Positions 9,351 through 22,881 of a stretch of DNA of 64,000 bases are shown here, piece after piece. This stretch comes from Escherichia phage L14. How positions within the stretch are numbered: position 1 is the stretch's first letter; each line of letters opens with the position of its first letter. The translations under genes were made by a program, and so were the position numbers. The notes below the pieces were generated by a model. It had not been told where the DNA came from. It did not search any database and saw only the letters and a program-made list of their open reading frames with translations. Where the stretch lies: sequence record OQ992558.1. One strand, given 5' to 3'.

Positions 9351-9931
9351 TATTCACCACAGAATTCGTTGATATTTTCCCAGTTTAACTTATTCAAGTT
9401 TTTCTTAGGAACATTAAACACTTCAATACCTGCATTTCGCAGAATATCATCCCAGCCAGGTTTATTTTTATCGTATGTTTCACAATAAACCAGCTTTTTA
9501 ATTCCAGATTGAGCTATTGCTTTTGCACAATCTGGGCAAGGAGAAAGTGTTACATACATAGTAGCACCTTCAATTGAAGAACCGTTTCGTGCAGCAAACA
9601 AAATAGCATTTAGTTCAGCATGAATTTCATTTTTAGACGACCATTCAGAGTGCGCGCTACGATGTTCTTTCGCCAATACAAAACGATCAGTTGAACCAAA
9701 CGATACACATTCAGGCTTATGACCTTGAATGATAGTATGTTTAGGCTTATTCAGCAACCAACCTTGCTCAGCAGCATAATCACAGCAGTTCACACCACCT
9801 GCAGGTGAACCATTATATCCAGTAGAAATAATACGTCCATTCTTTTCAATTACTGCTCCTACTTTCCAGGAGCAACATTTTGATTCTTGTGATACTAAAT
9901 ATGCAATTTGAAGTACTGTACTCGCTTTCAT
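9350..9931 (-). CDS. cd: dCMP deaminase
   Basis: 193 aa; zinc-binding HAE...PCxxC cytidine/deoxycytidylate deaminase motifs. Confidence 0.9.
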   Translation of the reverse strand: MKASTVLQIAYLVSQESKCCSWKVGAVIEKNGRIISTGYNGSPAGGVNCCDYAAEQGWLLNKPKHTIIQGHKPECVSFGSTDRFVLAKEHRSAHSEWSSKNEIHAELNAILFAARNGSSIEGATMYVTLSPCPDCAKAIAQSGIKKLVYCETYDKNKPGWDDILRNAGIEVFNVPKKNLNKLNWENINEFCGE

Positions 9932-10266
9932 TTCATAATCACCAGATAAGCAGATTTAGCAGTTTCAACACGATAAATTTCGTGACGAAGTTTAGTTATA
10001 CTTTTAATAACAGAACTAATTATATTCTGCCCATCTTTAAAGCGGTTTTTCTTATCAATAAAAATTGCGCCAACCATCTTTTTGTGAAGCTCAACCGGAT
10101 ACTTCGTCACAATAATAGCATCATACACAGAAGGATGAATACTATTCACCAGAGTATCATTCATTAAAGTTATTCTAATGAACTTTGCTGTTTCAGAGTC
10201 AAGCGCTCTATGATCGCCAGTATCATTTTCAAGACAATTATCAATTATATCAGTTAAATTCATCAT
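9928..10266 (-). CDS. hypothetical protein (112 aa)
   Basis: coding-strand ORF, overlapping stop/start. Confidence 0.55.
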   Translation of the reverse strand: MMNLTDIIDNCLENDTGDHRALDSETAKFIRITLMNDTLVNSIHPSVYDAIIVTKYPVELHKKMVGAIFIDKKNRFKDGQNIISSVIKSITKLRHEIYRVETAKSAYLVIMK

Positions 10267-10499
10267 AGTACGCCATACACCCTTTGTGCTTCAACTAATC
10301 CATCAAAATCCAATTTGAGATGTGTTATTTGGTCACCATCACCTGGATTCACAATTACTAATACTGAACGAGGAGTTTCGGTAATAACACGAACCGATGT
10401 TTCGGGAAATCGTTCAGAAACCTTATTTACTAATTCCTGCGCAAATAGTTTAACTTTTTCTTGGAATTCTTTAACAGTAATTGGTTTTTCACTTAGCAT
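10263..10499 (-). CDS. hypothetical protein (78 aa)
   Basis: coding-strand ORF. Confidence 0.5.
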   Translation of the reverse strand: MLSEKPITVKEFQEKVKLFAQELVNKVSERFPETSVRVITETPRSVLVIVNPGDGDQITHLKLDFDGLVEAQRVYGVL

Positions 10500-11020
10500 G
10501 TTGATCCCAGCTCCTTACTTTCAACGTTTTTAACTAATTTGACAGAAACTAATTCAGCATCTTGGGTAATCATTACCGGGCCTTCTTCATACTCTTCAAG
10601 ATATTCTAGAGCTTTCTTTTTAGCTTCTTCCTTTGTATCAGTTTGAGCATAGATATAAAACATGCAACCAGTAATACCTACTACTTTCCACTTAATTTCT
10701 TTATCAGTTTTAATTTCAAATTTACTGGCAGAATCATCTTTTTGAACTTCTTCGAAAAAAGAATATTCTAACATATAAGCAATTGAAAATAACGGGCTAA
10801 CTTTATAGGATTCACCCATTACATCAACAGCTTTATACCAACAATCATCAATTTCGCGTTTAATGCTAATAACATTCTTTGCAGGGTCAATTTTTACTTT
10901 AAATGAATTTTCCCCAATAAACTGGGCGATTCGTTTATTAGCCCCGCAAGTTTCATTAAAAATATCTTTATACCCAGTTTTAAAGCGATAAACCTTATCT
11001 TCTTCAAACCATTCGCTCAT
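10493..11020 (-). CDS. hypothetical protein (175 aa)
   Basis: coding-strand ORF, GAGGAAA RBS, early promoter upstream. Confidence 0.55.
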   Translation of the reverse strand: MSEWFEEDKVYRFKTGYKDIFNETCGANKRIAQFIGENSFKVKIDPAKNVISIKREIDDCWYKAVDVMGESYKVSPLFSIAYMLEYSFFEEVQKDDSASKFEIKTDKEIKWKVVGITGCMFYIYAQTDTKEEAKKKALEYLEEYEEGPVMITQDAELVSVKLVKNVESKELGSTC

Positions 11021-11082
11021 TTCAATTTCCTCATTTGTTTTGGTAGAGCTATAATATCACAACTCTACCGTAAAGTAAACCA

Positions 11083-11388
11083 TTAAATCGCTTTGAATTC
11101 CGCAGTTTGAGATTCAAAGCGAATGTCGCCTTTGATAACTAGCTCAGCATCAAGACCGAATACAACAATGATATGCGCGGAACCTGGATACAACGTAATG
11201 GCAATAGAATCCACCTGGTCTGGAAGCAAAGTGTTCAATACATGAGTCACTTGAGCGTGGATTCGAAGCTCAGCTGCGTTATCAAGTTTTTCAAACATAT
11301 TATTAGCGATAATTTGGCTAAACACTACTTCTACGATTTTAGAGTAAGTCGGAAACATATTTACCTCACATAATTTTCTTCGAGCCAA
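11083..11388 (-). CDS. hypothetical protein (about 101 aa)
   Basis: coding-strand ORF; true start may be internal. Confidence 0.5.
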   Translation of the reverse strand: MARRKLCEVNMFPTYSKIVEVVFSQIIANNMFEKLDNAAELRIHAQVTHVLNTLLPDQVDSIAITLYPGSAHIIVVFGLDAELVIKGDIRFESQTAEFKAI

Positions 11389-11422
11389 TTAATAATAGTC
11401 CAAGTTTCATGGTGCAAAGCCA

Positions 11423-12623
<1,201 letters not shown>

Positions 12624-12627
<4 letters not shown>

Positions 12628-12854
12628 TTATTTTTCTCAACCAATGATTGAATATAATCATGCAGGTCTTTAGATGCTTTACCCCACTTATTTTGATATT
12701 CATTTTTAAGATTAGCACGTGATTGAGCTAATAAAACATCATTAGTTGGAGGTAAAGATTCTAATCGCTGAATCTGGCGTCCATAAATCATTGCAGCCAT
12801 CTCGGATTCATAAATCAATCCTTTGAGATGTTCAAATTGATGCCATGAAATCAT
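12624..12854 (-). CDS. hypothetical protein (76 aa)
   Basis: coding-strand ORF. Confidence 0.5.
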
Positions 12855-13150
12855 TTACATTTATCCTCTTTTAACTCTTGACGATAATAACATATCATAG
12901 TTTTCTGATCATGTACATATCGTTTTACATCATTAAGCCAAATACGAAATTCCTGGGAATCTTCGAATGGCATACCGACCCAAGCTTTACCATCAATAAC
13001 TTTAACTTGCCAAGATAATTTAGCTTCGTCATATGACTTTATTTGTACAGGCCAATTAGGATGAACTGTTTCTTTCTTTACTTCTAGAGGCTTTGTCGAA
13101 CAACCAACTAGAAGACCAATAGATAATATTACTGCTGATAGTTTAATCAT
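12851..13150 (-). CDS. pseT.2: outer-membrane spanin lipoprotein (Rz1 equivalent)
   Basis: 99 aa; signal peptide with lipobox LLVGC; adjacent to TM/coiled-coil partner. Confidence 0.7.
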   Translation of the reverse strand: MIKLSAVILSIGLLVGCSTKPLEVKKETVHPNWPVQIKSYDEAKLSWQVKVIDGKAWVGMPFEDSQEFRIWLNDVKRYVHDQKTMICYYRQELKEDKCK

Positions 13151-13500
13151 TTAGAAAGGTCCTGGATGTCTTCTGCGAACTTGTTGAAGGAGTTGTTGAT
13201 TTGTTTTTCAACCAATCCTGGCTTATGAGCCACCACATCCGCCTTCTTTGCATCTTTGCGCAGTTTTTCATTTTCACGCTCAATAGCAGCAATTGCCTCA
13301 CGATTTTTATTATTCATCGCATCAATATAATTATACTGAATTCGCAAATTATTTAATGCTAAGGCGTTTTCATTGGCCGTTTTTGTAATTTCAGTAACTG
13401 ATGTTTCTAATCTTTCTACCTTATTTTTTAAAATAATAGATGTTCCGCCAAATGCTATTACAAGTAATAGCAATCCAGCTGTAAAATTACTTACATGCAT
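13147..13500 (-). CDS. pseT.3: inner-membrane spanin (Rz equivalent)
   Basis: 117 aa; N-terminal TM helix then charged coiled-coil-like region; overlaps o-spanin start. Confidence 0.65.
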   Translation of the reverse strand: MHVSNFTAGLLLLVIAFGGTSIILKNKVERLETSVTEITKTANENALALNNLRIQYNYIDAMNNKNREAIAAIERENEKLRKDAKKADVVAHKPGLVEKQINNSFNKFAEDIQDLSK

Positions 13501-13994
13501 AAAGTTTTAATAACCTCTATAATATCGTCTTGAGAAAGACCGTTAATTAAAATATGATGTTCAGCCGGAGATTTAGAAATTTTAAAGCACGCCGCAACAT
13601 CTTCTGCCATATCCGATGCGCTACGATTTGGATTACTAATTCCAAGACGATGCTTTCCTGTCAAAGGATTAACGATGATATAGCATTTGCAGCTATTGAT
13701 ATGAACATTAGGTTGAGTCTGATTAATAAACACTTCACAATCATACTTAGCGAGCTGATTTTCTAAAAAGACTTTCATCTCCTCAACCGCATCAGGAAGC
13801 ATATCACGGGCTTGCTCAAGACGACGATTTCGATATTCTTTAATGGTTGTTTTCCGCTTTACTTGCTTAGCTAAATCTTTCTTAAGATCGGTGATATATC
13901 CAACTCGACGATTTCCTTTGAATACAGAAATCCCATCTGTAGTATCACCGTATGCTTCAACGACCATTTCAGTAGTAATGAGCTGCAAATCCAT
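13491..13994 (-). CDS. alc: Alc, inhibitor of host transcription elongation on cytosine DNA
   Basis: 167 aa from second ATG; recognised as T4 Alc; GAGGA RBS; early promoter upstream. Confidence 0.75.
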   Translation of the reverse strand: MDLQLITTEMVVEAYGDTTDGISVFKGNRRVGYITDLKKDLAKQVKRKTTIKEYRNRRLEQARDMLPDAVEEMKVFLENQLAKYDCEVFINQTQPNVHINSCKCYIIVNPLTGKHRLGISNPNRSASDMAEDVAACFKISKSPAEHHILINGLSQDDIIEVIKTLCM

Positions 13995-14025
13995 CATAAA
14001 GTCCTCATGTTATGTCAGTAAGATT

Positions 14026-14055
14026 ACTATAACACAACACGAGGGACTTGTAAAC
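14026..14055 (-). promoter_or_regulatory. T4-type early promoter
   Basis: minus strand GTTTAC-18nt-TATAGT upstream of alc. Confidence 0.5.
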
Positions 14056-14058
14056 AAC

Positions 14059-15646
<1,588 letters not shown>

Positions 15647-15673
15647 AATAAAATGGGCCTTGCGGCCCACTCC

Positions 15674-16852
15674 TTAAAAGTATTTTTTAAAACTCATCAT
15701 AACTTTATCATCAACATCATTATCAATCTGTGCAACAAGATAAGATGACAGTTCTACTTCTTGTGGCGCTGATTGAACATTATCAGAATTAAGATATTCA
15801 CGAATCCAAGGATATGGATGTTTAACCGGAGCATCGGTAATTGGGCATGGAAGACCGCACTGTTTCATACGAGATACAGTTAAGTAATCAATAAAGCTCC
15901 ACATGCTATTTGTATTTAATCCAGGAACATCGCCATCTTTAAATAAATGAACTGCCCAATCTTTTTCTTGACGGTTAACTTCCATGAAAATATCAACTGC
16001 TTCTTGTTCACACTCTTGAGCAATTTTAACCCATTGATCGCCATCAGTACCAGATTGAAGTTGACGAATAATATATTGTGTACCTTTAAGATGAAGCTGC
16101 TCATCACGTGCAATGAACTTCATAATCTTGGCATTACCTTCCATGATTTCCATGTTTTTATGGAAGTTAAAGGTACACGCAAAGGATACATAAAAACGAA
16201 TAGCTTCTAATGCATTAATAACGTGCAAACAGAGGTAAAGAGATTTCATTAGCTCACGCTTCCAATATGTCTCATGCTCAATAGCATCTTCAATAACGTC
16301 TTCGTCTGCATTAATTTCTTTTTGGTATTCGATATCAGCTTTAGCGTTTTCCCAATAACGAGTTTTAATCAGAACATCATCATAATAACGTCCAATGGAT
16401 TCAGCACGTTTCATAATAGCTTCATCTAATACAATTTCATCAAATACCTTCGATGGATCAGTATAAAGATTTCGCATGATATGAGTATATGAACGACTGT
16501 GAATAGTTTCACTAAAAGTCCATGTAGCAACCCATGTATCAAGGCTTGGGTCTGAAATTAATGACATAAGTACAGCAGATGGCGCGCGACCCTGAATGCT
16601 ATCTAAAAGTGATTGATACTTCAAGTTGTTAGTAAAAATATTTTGCTGATACTGAGGAAGCTTATTAAACTGTGCAGCATCCATCATCAAGTTTACTTCT
16701 TCAGGACGCCAGAAAAATGATAATTGCTTTTCGGTTAAATCTTCAAAAACTTTATGACGTTGAATATCATAACGCGCAATACCAAGACCTGAACCAAAAA
16801 ACATAGGTTCTTTTAAAACATCAACTGGATTTGTATTAAAAACTGTGCTCAT
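15674..16852 (-). CDS. nrdB: aerobic ribonucleotide reductase small subunit, uninterrupted
   Basis: 392-aa continuous ORF with class I RNR beta features; no intron. Confidence 0.93.
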   Translation of the reverse strand: MSTVFNTNPVDVLKEPMFFGSGLGIARYDIQRHKVFEDLTEKQLSFFWRPEEVNLMMDAAQFNKLPQYQQNIFTNNLKYQSLLDSIQGRAPSAVLMSLISDPSLDTWVATWTFSETIHSRSYTHIMRNLYTDPSKVFDEIVLDEAIMKRAESIGRYYDDVLIKTRYWENAKADIEYQKEINADEDVIEDAIEHETYWKRELMKSLYLCLHVINALEAIRFYVSFACTFNFHKNMEIMEGNAKIMKFIARDEQLHLKGTQYIIRQLQSGTDGDQWVKIAQECEQEAVDIFMEVNRQEKDWAVHLFKDGDVPGLNTNSMWSFIDYLTVSRMKQCGLPCPITDAPVKHPYPWIREYLNSDNVQSAPQEVELSSYLVAQIDNDVDDKVMMSFKKYF

Positions 16853-16903
16853 AAATTTTCCGCTTAGTTAATAGTTGGTGACTCGTCCGTGAGTCAAATT
16901 ATA

Positions 16904-19168
16904 TCATAATTTACAGGATGAACAATCTTCAGCTTTTGGAGTTTCTATTTCATAATCATCAGTACCAGAACCATCGCGTGTATTATGATAATAGAAATTT
17001 TTAATGCCATAATACCATCCGTATAGCATGTCATCAATCATTATTGACATTGGAACCTTTCCTTTTGGAAAAATCTGCGGATCATAATATGTATTCGCTG
17101 AAGCTGATTGACATACCCATTTCAGCATAATAGCTACCTGCGTAAGATAAGGTTTATTACCTTTCTTGGCTAATTTCCATGTATAATCATAGAGGTCTAT
17201 GTTATGCTCAATATTCGGAACAACTTGATTAAATGAACCATCTTTTGATTCTTTAACACTTACCGGTCCGCGTGGAGGCTCGATGCCGTTTGTACTGTTA
17301 GATACCTGACTGGACGATTCACAAGGCATAAGTGCTGATAATGTGCTATTACGGATGCCAAAGAGCTTAAGGTCTTCCCGCAGCGCCGACCAGTCACAAA
17401 CGTATTTTGGAGCTGCGATTTGGTCAATCTTTTTATTGTACCAGTCGATAGGTAATTCGCCTCGAGACCAACGAGTGTCTGAATAATATTCGCAAGGTCC
17501 TTTTTCTTTGGCGAGCTTAATGGATGCTTTAATGAGTCCATACTGTAATCTCTCAAATAATTCATGTGTTAAATCGTTAGCATCTTCATAAGAAGCAAAG
17601 TTACTTGCCAGCCAAGCTGCATAGTTGGTAACACCTACACCAAGGTTACGGCGCTTTTTAGCTTTTTCTGCTTCAGGAACTGGATATCCTTGGTAATCCA
17701 ACAGATTATCAAGAGCACGAACTTGAACTTCTGCCAATTCATTAATTTTATCTTGGTCTTGCCAGTCAAAATTATCTAGTACGAATGCAGAGAGAGTACA
17801 CAATCCAATTTCAGCATCAGGACTATTCACATCATTTGTTGGAATAGCAATTTCACAGCACAAGTTACTCTGACGAATAGGCGCCTTTTCACGAATAAAC
17901 GGAGTATAGTTATTCGTATTATCAATGAACTGCACATAAATCCTTGCGGTTCCTGAACGTTCAGTCATGAGCAATTCAAATAGTTCACGGGCTTTAATAC
18001 GCTTTTTACGAATATTAGGGTCTTTTTCTGCTGCTTCGTATAATTCACGGAAACGGTCTTGGTCTTTAAAATAAGAATAATAAAGCTCGCCACCCATTTC
18101 ATGCGGACTGAACAAAGTAATGTAATCATTCTTTCCGAATCGTTCCATCATCAAATCATTCAGTTGAACACCATAATCCATATGACGAATGCGGTTTTCT
18201 TCTACGCCTTTGTTATTTTTCAAAACAAGAAGATTTTCAACTTCCAAATGCCAAATAGGATAATAAGCAGTAGCAGCGCCGCCACGAATTCCACCCTGTG
18301 AGCATGATTTAACAGCAGTCTGAAAATGTTTCCAAAAAGGAATAACACCAGTATGGCGTACTTCACCCATGCCAATCTTAGAACCTTCAGCACGAATCAT
18401 ACCAACGTTAATACCAATTCCAGCGCGTTTAGAGATATATTCAACAATTGAAGCAGAAGCCTTATTGATAGACTTCAGTGAATCGCCTGCCTCAATAACA
18501 ACACATGAACTAAACTGCCGAGTTGGAGTACGGCAACCAGCCATAATAGGAGTTGGTAATGAAATCTGTCGAGTAGATACCGCTTCATAAAAACGGATAA
18601 CATGTTTTAATCTATCAACAGGTTCATCTTGATGCAATGCCATTCCAATAGTCATAAATGCAAACTGTGGAGTTTCATAAATTTGACCAGTGGTTTTATC
18701 TTTAACTAGATATTTTTCTTTTAATTGCATCGCCCCGGAATAAGTAAATTCCATATCCCGCTCGTGCTTAATTTTTGATTCTAAAAATGTAATTTCTTCT
18801 GCTGAATATTTTGACAATAATTCAGGGTCATATTTACCTTCATTTACACAGTAAGAAATATGGTCAATAAATGAACGTGGTTCATACTGCCCATAAACAT
18901 GCTTACGAAGAGCGAACATTAAACAACGTGCAGCTACATATTGATAATCAGGCTCTTCAACCGAAATAGAATTCGCAGCGGCCTTAATGACAATAGTCTG
19001 AATATCATCAGTTGTCATTCCATCACGGAGATAAGATTTAATATTTTCATATAATTCATAAGGATCTACTGATGTTCCTTCAGCTGCCCAAGATAAAACT
19101 TTAATAATTTTTTGCGGGTCAAAGCTCTGAGAAACACCACTACTTTTGATAACATTAATTAATTGCAT
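16904..19168 (-). CDS. nrdA: aerobic ribonucleotide reductase large subunit
   Basis: 754 aa, recognised as T4 NrdA. Confidence 0.95.
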   Translation of the reverse strand: MQLINVIKSSGVSQSFDPQKIIKVLSWAAEGTSVDPYELYENIKSYLRDGMTTDDIQTIVIKAAANSISVEEPDYQYVAARCLMFALRKHVYGQYEPRSFIDHISYCVNEGKYDPELLSKYSAEEITFLESKIKHERDMEFTYSGAMQLKEKYLVKDKTTGQIYETPQFAFMTIGMALHQDEPVDRLKHVIRFYEAVSTRQISLPTPIMAGCRTPTRQFSSCVVIEAGDSLKSINKASASIVEYISKRAGIGINVGMIRAEGSKIGMGEVRHTGVIPFWKHFQTAVKSCSQGGIRGGAATAYYPIWHLEVENLLVLKNNKGVEENRIRHMDYGVQLNDLMMERFGKNDYITLFSPHEMGGELYYSYFKDQDRFRELYEAAEKDPNIRKKRIKARELFELLMTERSGTARIYVQFIDNTNNYTPFIREKAPIRQSNLCCEIAIPTNDVNSPDAEIGLCTLSAFVLDNFDWQDQDKINELAEVQVRALDNLLDYQGYPVPEAEKAKKRRNLGVGVTNYAAWLASNFASYEDANDLTHELFERLQYGLIKASIKLAKEKGPCEYYSDTRWSRGELPIDWYNKKIDQIAAPKYVCDWSALREDLKLFGIRNSTLSALMPCESSSQVSNSTNGIEPPRGPVSVKESKDGSFNQVVPNIEHNIDLYDYTWKLAKKGNKPYLTQVAIMLKWVCQSASANTYYDPQIFPKGKVPMSIMIDDMLYGWYYGIKNFYYHNTRDGSGTDDYEIETPKAEDCSSCKL

Positions 19169-19485
19169 AAGTCCTCAACTTGAAAATCGTCTTTAAACAA
19201 TCGGTTAACTATATGAGCTATTATATCACCATGACACGGCTTTGGTTTACATGTGCATCCTAGCCTCATTCCACGTAAAGGCTCTAAATGTGCTTTAGTT
19301 ATTTCTCCGGATTTAATTCGACGTATAAAATCTTTTTTGAATAATTCAATGGCAGCCTCCCGGCTGCCAGCATCTTTACCGACGTAATTTCCCCAAAATG
19401 TACCACGGTGAATATTAACATCAAAGTCGGATTTATATTTATTCACTACCTGGCATAGACGGCCCGCGCGGTGATAATTCGTCAT
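19159..19485 (-). CDS. hypothetical protein (108 aa), Cys/His cluster [11 protein letters not shown]
   Basis: coding-strand ORF between td and nrdA. Confidence 0.5.
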   Translation of the reverse strand: MTNYHRAGRLCQVVNKYKSDFDVNIHRGTFWGNYVGKDAGSREAAIELFKKDFIRRIKSGEITKAHLEPLRGMRLGCTCKPKPCHGDIIAHIVNRLFKDDFQVEDLCN

Positions 19486-19702
19486 ATTGTTTTTCCGTTA
19501 AAACAGTAATATCATAGTAACAATCAGAAGAAGTTTTAACTGTAGAAATTTTATTATCAAAATACTCACGAGTCATTTTATGAGTATAATATTTTTTGCC
19601 ATAAATGATAATAGGCTGATTTGGTCCTGGAACTTCTAACTCACTTGGGTTAGGAAGTGTAAAAAGAACTACACCAGAAGTATCTTTAAATCGTAAAATC
19701 AT
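19439..19702 (-). CDS. hypothetical protein (87 aa)
   Basis: coding-strand ORF; overlaps next ORF by 47 nt so start/stop relationship uncertain. Confidence 0.45.
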   Translation of the reverse strand: MILRFKDTSGVVLFTLPNPSELEVPGPNQPIIIYGKKYYTHKMTREYFDNKISTVKTSSDCYYDITVLTEKQYDELSPRGPSMPGSE

Positions 19703-19725
19703 AAATCCTCACAATTAAATTAAAA

Positions 19726-20037
19726 TTACACCGCCATTTTTCCTTTCAAGACGCCGTGGGACTGATAATCTTTGAGAACGAAATCTTTAGGCCTGAGTTT
19801 AAGAATGTATTCCAATTGTTCTTTAGTAGAAAGATAGCGGAATTTATAAGGCAATCCGCCTATTACCAGTTCACAAAGCTCTTTAGGTTCACGACGCAAA
19901 ATTTCTTTACATTGTTCTACGTGATTCATATAGATATGAGTATTACCACCGGAAAATATCAAATCTCCCGGAATAAGATTACACATCTTAGCTACAATAT
20001 GAACTAACGTAGCATATGATGCAATATTAAATGGAAG
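19726..20037 (-). CDS. td: thymidylate synthase, exon 2
   Basis: encodes LPFNIASYATLVHIVAKMC...; the ATG at the ORF start is the last 3 nt of the intron (omega-G). Confidence 0.9.
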   Translation of the reverse strand, partial: LPFNIASYATLVHIVAKMCNLIPGDLIFSGGNTHIYMNHVEQCKEILRREPKELCELVIGGLPYKFRYLSTKEQLEYILKLRPKDFVLKDYQSHGVLKGKMAV

Positions 20038-20357
20038 CATTATGTTCAGATAAGGTCGTTAATCTTACCCCGGAATTATATCCAGCTGCATGTCACCATG
20101 CAGATCAGACTATATCTTCAACTTGTTAAAGCAAGTTGTCTATCGTTTCGAGTCACTTGACCCTACTCCCCAAAGGGATAGTCGTTAGGCATTTATGTAG
20201 AACCAATTCCATTTATCAGATTTTACACGGTAAGTAACTAATCCTGATGAAATTATTAAAGGGTAGTCCTACAATTTAGCACGGGATTGTCTACTAGAGA
20301 GGTCCCCCGTTTAGATAGATTACAAGTATAAGTCACCTTATACCTAGGCCTCAATTA
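20038..20357 (-). ncRNA. group I self-splicing intron in td, about 320 nt, no internal ORF
   Basis: intron ends match my memory of the T4 td intron (5-prime UAAUUGAGGCCU..., 3-prime ...CUGAACAUAAUG); in-frame TAA directly after exon 1; no ORF over 60 aa inside. Confidence 0.85.
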
Positions 20358-20906
20358 ACCCAAGAAAACATCTACACTGCGTTGATACCATTGTAAATCA
20401 AGATAACCATTACGCACATTAAACTGATAGAACATATGACAAGGTGGTAATGCCATATATTTAAGTTCAGCTGGATTCCACGCAGAAACAATTTGACGCC
20501 TATCACTTGGTAGTTTTTTAATACGATCAATAACTTCTATAATTTGGTCTACACCGCCAAAATCGCGCCACTGTTTTCCATAAATTGGGCCAAGTTCACC
20601 ACTATGGTATCCTAAATCTTTTGCCTGATTTTCGTAATTTTCATCCCAAACTGTTTTGCCTTGGATTAACGAATCATGCTGAATTAATCGTAAATCATTG
20701 ACATTTGTGCTTCCTGATAAAAACCAAAGTAGCTCAGCAATGCAAGCTTTCCAGGCGAGCTTCTTAGTTGTTACCGCAGGAAAACCTTTAGTTAAATCCC
20801 AGCGTAATTTAGTACCGAATAAAGCAATTGTTCCTGTGCCTGTTCGGTCATCGGTTTCATAGCCATTTTCAAAAATGTCTTTAATTAAATCTTGGTATTG
20901 TTTCAT
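20358..20906 (-). CDS. td: thymidylate synthase, exon 1
   Basis: 183 aa ending ...VDVFLG, then intron. Confidence 0.9.
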
Positions 20907-20951
20907 TTAGTACCTTATATAAATTATAATACATTTTATGAAGCTAAATAA

Positions 20952-21299
20952 TCAATACGGTTTAGCATCAAATTTTCTCTCAATTTCAGGTGTGAAATAT
21001 AATTCTTTACCACGTTTGGAAAAGCGACCAATAATATGATAATTATTCTCATCAAACGTGATATTACCAATATCCATAGCTTTCAACCAAATATCGATAT
21101 TTCTATCCAGCTTTATGTCAAAATTCCAATACGGAGAACTATTACCGAAAATACTGCAAGCGGATTCAGTGAAACAACTGCTATAAATCTTGTCTTTAGG
21201 AACTACTAATTGATAGACACCTTTAATAAACTGAGGACCCTGCCACTTTGGCTGTTTCGTGTCTTTTTCTAATAGAATAGGGTAATAATTAAAATTCAT
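20952..21299 (-). CDS. hypothetical protein (115 aa) inserted between frd and td
   Basis: coding-strand ORF MNFNYYPILLEKD...; no motif recognised. Confidence 0.55.
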   Translation of the reverse strand: MNFNYYPILLEKDTKQPKWQGPQFIKGVYQLVVPKDKIYSSCFTESACSIFGNSSPYWNFDIKLDRNIDIWLKAMDIGNITFDENNYHIIGRFSKRGKELYFTPEIERKFDAKPY

Positions 21300-21318
21300 A
21301 TTTCCGCCACGCGTTATT

Positions 21319-22145
<827 letters not shown>

Positions 22146-22156
22146 ATTGCCTCCTA

Positions 22157-22489
22157 TTAAAAAGGATCAGTAACATATCCGCTAGCTTTAATCATTTTAA
22201 TTAACGTTAACATTCCTTTGTTAACTGCTCGTGAGATTTCATCAAAAACTTCATCACTAAAAAGTTCTAACACGCCCTTCTGAACTTTTAATTTACAGCC
22301 AACAATTTCGTCATCTCCTATAGTAAATTCGCTTCCGCCAATTCCGCCGAAAAACTTAATTACGCCAGTTAACTGTCTTCCACGAGAATATGGGTCGTGT
22401 GATAAAGTAATATGAGTCACCCCAGGTACAGTTTTAAATTGGCAGCGGATGTTTACTTGAGCAATTCCAGTTACATGAATGTCAGACAT
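22157..22489 (-). CDS. hypothetical protein (110 aa)
   Basis: coding-strand ORF. Confidence 0.55.
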   Translation of the reverse strand: MSDIHVTGIAQVNIRCQFKTVPGVTHITLSHDPYSRGRQLTGVIKFFGGIGGSEFTIGDDEIVGCKLKVQKGVLELFSDEVFDEISRAVNKGMLTLIKMIKASGYVTDPF

Positions 22490-22499
22490 ATTATTTTCC

Positions 22500-22742
22500 T
22501 CAAACAGACTTTTTCACAATTTTCCAATCAGCTTTAAACTGATCAACATCAGAATGATAAATCCAGAATCCTGCGCTTTCTCCGTCTTCATAAAGAGGAC
22601 ATCCATCACATTCATCTTCCCACCCCATATCGCGTAAAAGATGTTCAGCTTTTTCAACAAGCCCAGAATCTTTACCGATGATATTAAAATACCATTTACC
22701 TTTAACTTCTGAATCTTTGATGCTCTGGCGTTGTAATCTCAT
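22500..22742 (-). CDS. hypothetical protein (80 aa)
   Basis: coding-strand ORF. Confidence 0.55.
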   Translation of the reverse strand: MRLQRQSIKDSEVKGKWYFNIIGKDSGLVEKAEHLLRDMGWEDECDGCPLYEDGESAGFWIYHSDVDQFKADWKIVKKSV

Positions 22743-22851
22743 TTTATTCTCCTTAACAAGCTTTAATCAAAAGATATAAACAGACCAACATAACTGCTGC
22801 CATAATATAAGGTGCGAACATTTTCTTTTCTCCATTAGTTTTGATAGGGTA

Positions 22852-22881
22852 ATAGTATCACACTACTACCCTTCTGTAAAC
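22852..22881 (-). promoter_or_regulatory. T4-type early promoter
   Basis: minus strand GTTTAC-18nt-TACTAT; followed by a possible 21-aa hydrophobic peptide with GGAG RBS. Confidence 0.45.
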
